NCBI GenBank assembly: GCA_028713575.1
Contig: JAQTOB010000010.1
Coordinates: forward strand, 1-19,971
Direction: 5' to 3'
DNA length: 19,971 bases
Source of the DNA: Patescibacteria group bacterium
Lineage (GTDB): Bacteria > Patescibacteriota > Patescibacteriia > UBA2591 > UBA6264
Of the stretch, positions 15,039-19,971 are shown in pieces. The notes beneath the pieces are model-generated. The model made no database searches, had not been told where the DNA came from, and was given only the letters and a program-made list of their open reading frames with translations. Positions within the stretch are counted from its first letter, which is position 1, and each line of letters begins with the position of its first letter. Position numbers and translations under genes: made by a program.

Positions 15039-16958
15039 ATGAACCTATTTAAAAAGACCAATTTAAAAAGAGTTTTGCTGTTTTTGCTTGGCGACGTTAT
15101 TTTGGTTTCCCTGTCCTGTGTCCTGGGATTTTTATTGCGTTTTGACGGCCAAATCCCCTCTCATTACTGGCCCATGATTAAGGGATTTATTATTATTGCC
15201 ATTCCTTCAACCGTTTTCTTTTTCTTTCTGGAACGCCTTTATTCTATCTCATGGACCTATATCAGCGTCCGCGAACTCTTAAGAGTGACGCGAGGAGTGA
15301 TTGCCGCTTTCTTGGGCGTTGGCGCCGTCTTGTTTTTAGTCCGCCATTTTCCAGTTTTTGAAGGATTCCCCCGCTCCATTATCTTCATTTCCGGATTTTT
15401 AAGTCTTCTTTTGGTGGGCGGATTCCGTTTTTCCAAAAGAATCTATTTGCACGGCTTTAAGATTGGCTTTAACCATAATAACAAAACCGCCGGTCGCCCA
15501 GTTTTAATTATCGGCGCCGGGGAAGCCGGGGAACAATTAGCCAGGCATATTTTGGGGTCAAAAGAAGCCATTTATTCCCCTCTCGGATTTGTTGACGATG
15601 ACCCCTCAAAACAAAATGTAATGATTCATGGCATTAGGGTTTTGGGGAAAAACAGCGATTTGCCGGAAATCCTTGAAAAAAATAAAGTGGAAGAAATCTT
15701 TATTGCCATGCCTTCGGCCAGTCAAAAAACCATTAAACAAACCGTTTCTTTAGCCCGAATCGCCGGAGTGGGAAAAATAAAAATTTTACCCAGCACTAAA
15801 GAAATCTTGGCAGAAAAAATCAGTTTGAGCCACTTGCGGGAAATATCCATTGAAGACCTTCTAGGACGCAACCCGATAAAAATAGACACTCAATCAATTA
15901 AAAACTACATTGCCGGTAAAACCATTTTGGTAACCGGAGCCAGCGGTTCAATCGGTTCTGACCTTTGCCAACAGATATTGAAATTCCAGCCCCGCCATTT
16001 AATCGCCCTTGACCAAAGCGAAACCGGCACTTTTTATCTGAAAAATGATTTAAACAAATTGTTTCCAGAAATAAAAAAGACGTTTATCATTGCTGACATT
16101 TGCGACCAAAATAAGATTGATAAAATTTTTGAAAATTTCAAACCGCAAGTTATTTTTCACGCCGCGGCTTATAAACATGTTCCCTTGATGGAAGAAAATC
16201 CGGACGAAGCGATAAAAAACAATGTCTTTGGCACTTTAAATCTTGGGCAAAACGCTTTAAAACACCAAGTGGAAAAATTCGTGATGATTTCCACGGACAA
16301 AGCAATTAACCCCACTTCCATTATGGGCGCCAGCAAAAGGGTCTGCGAGATGATTATGGTTTGGTTAAATAAATCTTCTAAGGCGGTCGCGCCTGATAAT
16401 TCTGGCAAGGATGGTCCCGTGACAGGAACAACGCGTTTCTGCGCAGTCAGGTTTGGCAATGTTCTCGGCAGCCAAGGCAGTGTGGTACCGGTTTTTAAAA
16501 AACAAATTGAAAAAGGCGGACCAGTAGAAGTAACCGACCCAGAAATGAAAAGATATTTTATGATTACCGCTGAGGCCTGTTTACTGGTGATGCAGGCCGG
16601 AGCCATTGGCCAGGGCGGCGAGGTTTTTGTCCTGGATATGGGTAAGCCGATTAAAATCGTGGATTTAGCCAAAGAAATGATCCGTTTAGCCGGCTATCGC
16701 CCGGACGTGGACATTCCTATTGTCTTCACTGGCTTGCGGCCTGGAGAAAAACTATTTGAGGAAATCTTGACTAAAAACGAGATTCCTACTAAAAACGAGA
16801 AAATATTCATTGCTAAAATGGCTGAGATAGATGAACAAAAGCTGACAGACGGACTAAATCAATTTCAGAGAGGATTAAAAGAAGGCAATAAAGACATTTT
16901 AATCAAAGTCCTGAATAATTTGGTGCCAAAATACCAGAATCATCAAAATATATCTTAA
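15039..16958 (+). CDS. Membrane-anchored nucleotide-sugar 4,6-dehydratase, CapD/PglF/WbpM family
   Basis: About 4 N-terminal TM helices. Two Rossmann regions (LIIGAGEAG; LVTGASGSIGSDL). FHAAAYKHVPLME, STDKAINPTSIMGASKRVCE, VRFGNVLGSQGSVVPVFKKQIEKGGPVEVTDPEMKRYFM. Confidence 0.9.
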   Translation: MNLFKKTNLKRVLLFLLGDVILVSLSCVLGFLLRFDGQIPSHYWPMIKGFIIIAIPSTVFFFFLERLYSISWTYISVRELLRVTRGVIAAFLGVGAVLFLVRHFPVFEGFPRSIIFISGFLSLLLVGGFRFSKRIYLHGFKIGFNHNNKTAGRPVLIIGAGEAGEQLARHILGSKEAIYSPLGFVDDDPSKQNVMIHGIRVLGKNSDLPEILEKNKVEEIFIAMPSASQKTIKQTVSLARIAGVGKIKILPSTKEILAEKISLSHLREISIEDLLGRNPIKIDTQSIKNYIAGKTILVTGASGSIGSDLCQQILKFQPRHLIALDQSETGTFYLKNDLNKLFPEIKKTFIIADICDQNKIDKIFENFKPQVIFHAAAYKHVPLMEENPDEAIKNNVFGTLNLGQNALKHQVEKFVMISTDKAINPTSIMGASKRVCEMIMVWLNKSSKAVAPDNSGKDGPVTGTTRFCAVRFGNVLGSQGSVVPVFKKQIEKGGPVEVTDPEMKRYFMITAEACLLVMQAGAIGQGGEVFVLDMGKPIKIVDLAKEMIRLAGYRPDVDIPIVFTGLRPGEKLFEEILTKNEIPTKNEKIFIAKMAEIDEQKLTDGLNQFQRGLKEGNKDILIKVLNNLVPKYQNHQNIS

Positions 16959-16990
16959 AATTTCTAATTGACTTAATTTCTAATTGACCT
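16959..16990. repeat. 16-bp tandem direct repeat x2 immediately after the capD-like stop codon
   Basis: AATTTCTAATTGACTT (16959-16974) and AATTTCTAATTGACCT (16975-16990), 15/16 identical. The TAATTGAC word also forms the -35 region at 14900-14907. Confidence 0.8.
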
Positions 16991-17245
16991 AATAAAATCC
17001 CAATAATCAATAGCTGAATGACCAAGAATTCTTAGACATTGGGATTTGGGAATTGGGCATTTATTAAAATAATTAGGTTAATTAGAATAATTTAGTCATT
17101 GATGGGGACGCACCCATCACTAACTAAAAAGGGTTAAAATCACACCAAATTGAAATTTTCGCTCTATAATCCTCTATTGATGCGGGCTTTAGAAGAGATG
17201 TTTATGGGGTCAGACCCCAGGTCCCAGACTCCGGGATAAAATATG

Positions 17246-17274
17246 TTGATTTATCTTGATAAAAATGATATAAT
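17246..17274 (+). promoter_or_regulatory. Extended -10 sigma-70-like promoter for the Wzz-like gene
   Basis: TTGATT (17246-17251), 17-nt spacer, TGaTATAAT (17266-17274). The start codon lies 44 nt downstream. Confidence 0.5.
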
Positions 17275-17317
17275 AAACAAATAATAGACAAATAATAAAT
17301 TAAATGAAAAAATAAAT

Positions 17318-18298
17318 ATGGAAAATTATAACATTCATCTTGACCAAAACCGGATGAAAAAAGAACCCGAAGAACACAAAGAAGTCCTTTATCATGAAGA
17401 AGACGAAATAGATTTACGGGATTATATCAACGTCCTGCTTAAAAGAAAACGAATTATCGGCGCCATTTTTCTGGTGGCCGTCATCGCGGCCGTAGTAATC
17501 AGCCTACTGATGACGCCCGTCTATGAAGCGACCAATCTGATAGAAATCGGAAAAATAAAAAACGAAACTATTGAAACTTTTGATGACATCAAGGCCGTTT
17601 TTAGCCGACCAGCAATCTTAAAAGAAGTCCATAATAAACTCGGCTTGCCAAAAAACGTTAACGTGGAAAGCGTAGTGGGAAAATTTACTTTAGAAAAGGA
17701 AAATGAAACCAATGCCAGTAAATTCATTAAAGTAAGCGGCCGGGCGGAAACGCCGGAAAAATCAGTAGAAGTAGCCAATGTCGTGACGCAAATTTTACTT
17801 GACCGACATCAACAATTATTCAGTGAAGCAGAAAGAATGTTTGAAATAGAAATGGAAAGCATTAATAAAAATAAGGAAAAAACGGATAAAGATATTGTTC
17901 AGGTCCAAAAAGACATCGTCCGACTGGAACAAGATGTAAAAATATATGAACAAAGAATAAATCAAAAAGACAATGCCCAATCAGACGCGCAGGGGCGAAT
18001 TGCTGAAAGCTATATTAATCTTTTGGCTACTGTAAAAAACCAAAAGGAAAACAAAGAATATCAATTACTTAACTTAGAACAGCAACTAGTTAATTTAGAC
18101 CAACAAATTCAGGAAAAAGAATATGAAAAGGCCTATCAAACCAAGACAACGGAAGTAGAAATTCCCGCCACCCCGCCGGAAACAAGGATTAGTCCCAAGA
18201 GAAAACAAAATGTGATGATTGCCGGTGTGTTGGGTTTGTTTGTCGGCATTCTCTACGCTTTTGGCGCGGAATACTTCAGTAAAGAAAAAATGGTGTGA
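17318..18298 (+). CDS. Wzz-like polysaccharide co-polymerase / chain-length determinant (no kinase domain)
   Basis: DEIDLRDYINVLLKRKRIIGAIFLVAVIAAVVISLLMTPVYEA (Wzz N-terminal motif plus TM1). Long coiled-coil middle. Pro-rich segment, then C-terminal TM (VMIAGVLGLFVGILYAFGAEYF). Confidence 0.8.
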   Translation: MENYNIHLDQNRMKKEPEEHKEVLYHEEDEIDLRDYINVLLKRKRIIGAIFLVAVIAAVVISLLMTPVYEATNLIEIGKIKNETIETFDDIKAVFSRPAILKEVHNKLGLPKNVNVESVVGKFTLEKENETNASKFIKVSGRAETPEKSVEVANVVTQILLDRHQQLFSEAERMFEIEMESINKNKEKTDKDIVQVQKDIVRLEQDVKIYEQRINQKDNAQSDAQGRIAESYINLLATVKNQKENKEYQLLNLEQQLVNLDQQIQEKEYEKAYQTKTTEVEIPATPPETRISPKRKQNVMIAGVLGLFVGILYAFGAEYFSKEKMV

Positions 18299-18395
18299 AT
18301 ATGAAGATGATTATCAAAAGTAAATGGTTAAAAAGTTATCCACACTATAACCCTTGTCCTTATATATATTTATCTTATAATATAAACACTATGAT

Positions 18396-18440
18396 CACTG
18401 CCCCTATTGGCATCTTTGATGCTAATAAGGGCAGTTTTTT
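18396..18440 (+). terminator. Rho-independent terminator downstream of the Wzz-like gene
   Basis: CACTGCCCCTATTGGCATC-TTT-GATGCTAATAAGGGCAGT (18 positions, 1 mismatch, 1 G-T wobble) followed by a T6 run (18435-18440; its first T is also the last stem base). Confidence 0.75.
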
Positions 18441-18451
18441 ATTCTAGATTT

Positions 18452-19006
18452 ATGAAAATTTTTAGAAAACAAAAAGTCTGTATCTATATTGATGGGAATA
18501 ATTTCTATAAGTATCTGAAAAACAAAGAAATTGATTTCCCAAAAGGAACAAAGTTTGATTTTAAAAAATTCTCCGAATATTTAACGGGCGAAAGAGAATG
18601 TATTTCTAAAAGATATTATATCGGCATCGTAAGAAATTTCGACCATAGTAAAAGAAGCCAAGAATTGGTAATGGGACAACAAAAATTCATCTCTAAAATA
18701 AAAAATGACGGATTTATAGTAAAACCCGGACGGATAATATATGATCAAGGAAAAATAAGAGAAAAAGGTACTGATGTAAAAATCGCCGTCGATTTAATTA
18801 CAGGTGCAATTGATGACTATTACGATACCGCCATTCTAGTAAGTTCTGACACTGATTTGATTCCCGCAATAAAATACGTAAAATTCAAAAATAAAAGGAT
18901 CGAATATATCGGCTTTTCCCACCGACCATCACTGGGTATACAAAAGTATGCCACTTTGTCAAAATTACTTTCTTCGGATGATCTGGAAAAATTTAAGGGT
19001 ATATAA
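18452..19006 (+). CDS. NYN-domain (LabA/DUF88-like, PIN-related) predicted ribonuclease
   Basis: KVCIYIDGNNFY, KGTDVKIAVDLI, AILVSSDTDLIPAI (acidic catalytic residues of NYN). Start moved to ATG 18452 because the track's TTG start at 18407 lies inside the upstream terminator hairpin. Confidence 0.8.
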   Translation: MKIFRKQKVCIYIDGNNFYKYLKNKEIDFPKGTKFDFKKFSEYLTGERECISKRYYIGIVRNFDHSKRSQELVMGQQKFISKIKNDGFIVKPGRIIYDQGKIREKGTDVKIAVDLITGAIDDYYDTAILVSSDTDLIPAIKYVKFKNKRIEYIGFSHRPSLGIQKYATLSKLLSSDDLEKFKGI

Positions 19007-19032
19007 AAATATTTATTAAAGATGAAAAATAT

Positions 19033-19374
19033 ATGAAGATCATCAAGGATAATATTTCCATCAAAGAACTGGAGGAAATGGCGCATAACCTGTTTGATAA
19101 TCTGGTAAAAATCGTGGTGGATATAGAAAAAGGAATTATGGCGGTTGATGCCGGACTTCATTCCGATGAAGAAGAAACGCTCTTACAAAACGGCTCCAAA
19201 CAGCAAGATTTATGGGGCATCAACATCTATCCGGAAAAACAGGACGATTCCTGGATTGAATTTGACTCCATGATAAATTTGCGGCCGATGCAAGGAAACC
19301 GCAGTCGCGGGATAGAAAATCCGGAAATTAAAGAAAAAATAAGAAAAATCATTAATAAATTAATCCTTCGCTAA
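19033..19374 (+). CDS. Small conserved hypothetical protein (113 aa)
   Basis: Backbone-like GC and no internal stops. The motif string VVDIEKGIMAVDAGLHSDEEETLLQNGSKQQDLWGINIYP...NLRPMQGNRSRGIENPEI looks like a family I recall seeing as a DUF in uncultured bacteria (possibly DUF5674). This is unverified. Confidence 0.55.
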   Translation: MKIIKDNISIKELEEMAHNLFDNLVKIVVDIEKGIMAVDAGLHSDEEETLLQNGSKQQDLWGINIYPEKQDDSWIEFDSMINLRPMQGNRSRGIENPEIKEKIRKIINKLILR

Positions 19375-19381
19375 AATTAAA

Positions 19382-19726
19382 ATGGAAAATAAACCGACAT
19401 ACCAACATCAGGATTTAGCCGACGGCCGCTGGTTTGAATTGAATTTCATGGAGCAGATGGCCAACGTCGGCAGCGAAGTGGGACGAACAATGTCATGGAA
19501 GGAAAAAGGAGATAATGAATACAGTCAGAAAGCTTTTGCCCGGGCCCTGGAACTACTTGATCTAACCATTGAAGACCGAAAAAACAGATCAAAATTAAAG
19601 GAAATCGTCAGATTGCGCGAAGTTTTAGTTGATTACTTCTTTGGCGAAAATCAATACGGATCATCCAACCGGCTTTGGCATAATTACTTCTACGCCTTCA
19701 ACTTTGCCGCCAGAAGAAACCGCTAA
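19382..19726 (+). CDS. Small helical hypothetical protein (114 aa)
   Basis: Starts 7 nt after the upstream stop. About 50% GC in a hand-counted line. Predicted mostly helical (ARALELLDLTIEDRKNRSKLKEIVRLREVLVDYF). No family recognised. Confidence 0.5.
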   Translation: MENKPTYQHQDLADGRWFELNFMEQMANVGSEVGRTMSWKEKGDNEYSQKAFARALELLDLTIEDRKNRSKLKEIVRLREVLVDYFFGENQYGSSNRLWHNYFYAFNFAARRNR

Positions 19727-19750
19727 AAAAATTGTTTTTAAAATACCATT

Positions 19751-19786
19751 AAAATAAAATCCTCTTTTAAAAGAGGATTTTATTTT
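19751..19786. terminator. Bidirectional rho-independent terminator between convergent genes
   Basis: Perfect 36-bp palindrome AAAATAAAATCCTCTTTT|AAAAGAGGATTTTATTTT, with A-run/T-run flanks on both strands. Confidence 0.8.
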
Positions 19787-19793
19787 ATCAGTT

Positions 19794-19833
19794 ATGTAGG
19801 GGTTCAACCCCTGCAGGGGTTGAACCCCTACAT
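19794..19833. repeat. 40-bp perfect nested palindrome made of two inverted copies of the dispersed repeat
   Basis: ATGTAGGGGTTCAACCCCTG|CAGGGGTTGAACCCCTACAT. Each arm also contains its own 7-1-7 mini-palindrome. It ends 2 nt from the recA stop codon. Confidence 0.9.
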
Positions 19834-19835
19834 GA

Positions 19836-19971
19836 TTATTCCGCTTTCTCTTTTTCTGCTTCTTTAACCGCTTTTAAAATGTCTTTTTTCAAGTCCTGAG
19901 CTATTTTCTTATTATCCTTTAAAAACTTCTTGGCGTTTTCCCAACCAACGCCCAATTTATTGTCTCCATAA
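19836..19971 (-). CDS. recA: RecA recombinase, C-terminal 45 codons (5' part beyond the window)
   Basis: The reverse-strand translation YGDNKLGVGWENAKKFLKDNKKIAQDLKKDILKAVKEAEKEKAE* aligns by eye with the E. coli RecA segment [35 protein letters not shown]. Stop codon is at 19836-19838. Confidence 0.75.
   Translation of the reverse strand, partial: YGDNKLGVGWENAKKFLKDNKKIAQDLKKDILKAVKEAEKEKAE

Noticed and set aside
17200-17236. CCAGGTC-containing GC patch as SRP (4.5S) RNA domain IV
   Set aside because: It lacks the conserved GGAA tetraloop context and the AGCAGC symmetric-loop sequence. Only a 7-nt coincidence with the E. coli 4.5S RNA.
18407-18451. TTG start proposed by the ORF track for the NYN gene (extra MASLMLIRAVFYSRF)
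   Set aside because: The TTG lies inside the stem of the upstream terminator hairpin (18396-18440). The in-frame ATG at 18452 gives MKIFRKQKVCIYIDGNNFY, matching the usual N-terminus of NYN domains.
1211-19161. All minus-strand ORFs in the supplied track (1211-1471, 1708-1890, 4535-4813, 4807-5031, 5963-6223, 8279-8521, 11254-11487, 11734-11922, 12407-12742, 12764-13132, 13017-13220, 14046-14237, 16169-16672, 17521-17778, 18820-19161)
   Set aside because: Each lies antisense inside, or largely overlapping, a + strand gene with clear family motifs. Their translations are low-complexity or hydrophobic with no recognisable motifs. The longest (16169-16672) coincides with the GC-rich part of capD, where stop codons are rare by composition.
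1-19971. Alternative genetic code (UGA as Gly or Trp), as in some candidate phyla
   Set aside because: TGA terminates several ORFs at family-typical lengths (ends at 695, 5132, 10970, 14013, 18298). Downstream starts are placed immediately after or overlapping (ATGA at 10967-10970). The standard code explains all genes.

Overview
AT-rich bacterial window, probably from an uncultured small-genome lineage (a weak guess; standard genetic code, TGA used as stop). There are 19 same-strand (+) genes, and the 3' end of recA converges on the minus strand at the right edge. Positions 774-14509 form one tightly packed operon-like block (gaps of 91 nt or less, three overlaps). It encodes a Wzy-type surface-glycan locus: Wzy-like polymerase, AsnB-type amidotransferase, GT4, LmbE/PIG-L deacetylase, ATP-grasp ligase, PHP phosphoesterase, FkbM methyltransferase, SDR epimerase/dehydratase, membrane-anchored GT2 and a PglC-like initiating phosphoglycosyltransferase. 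These are followed by four genes that are unusual in a glycan locus: a fold-type-III PLP decarboxylase, a fold-type-IV aminotransferase, an HpcH/HpaI-like lyase and a small cupin. This block is much more AT-rich than its flanks (hand counts about 17-32% GC, with occasional lines higher, versus about 40-57%). A highly structured 529-nt spacer follows, then a CapD/PglF-like 4,6-dehydratase, a Wzz-like co-polymerase, an NYN-domain protein and two small conserved-looking ORFs. The left edge carries an isochorismatase-like gene broken by a 5-bp tandem duplication. The most interesting content is the apparent amine/amino-acid decoration pathway. Its logic is comparable to the Campylobacter jejuni HS:2 glucuronamide pathway, but it is built from different enzyme folds. 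Also notable are an orphan strong terminator implying an unannotated small RNA, a dispersed nested-palindrome repeat, and operator-like sites. All functional calls come from motif recognition by eye; no searches were run.
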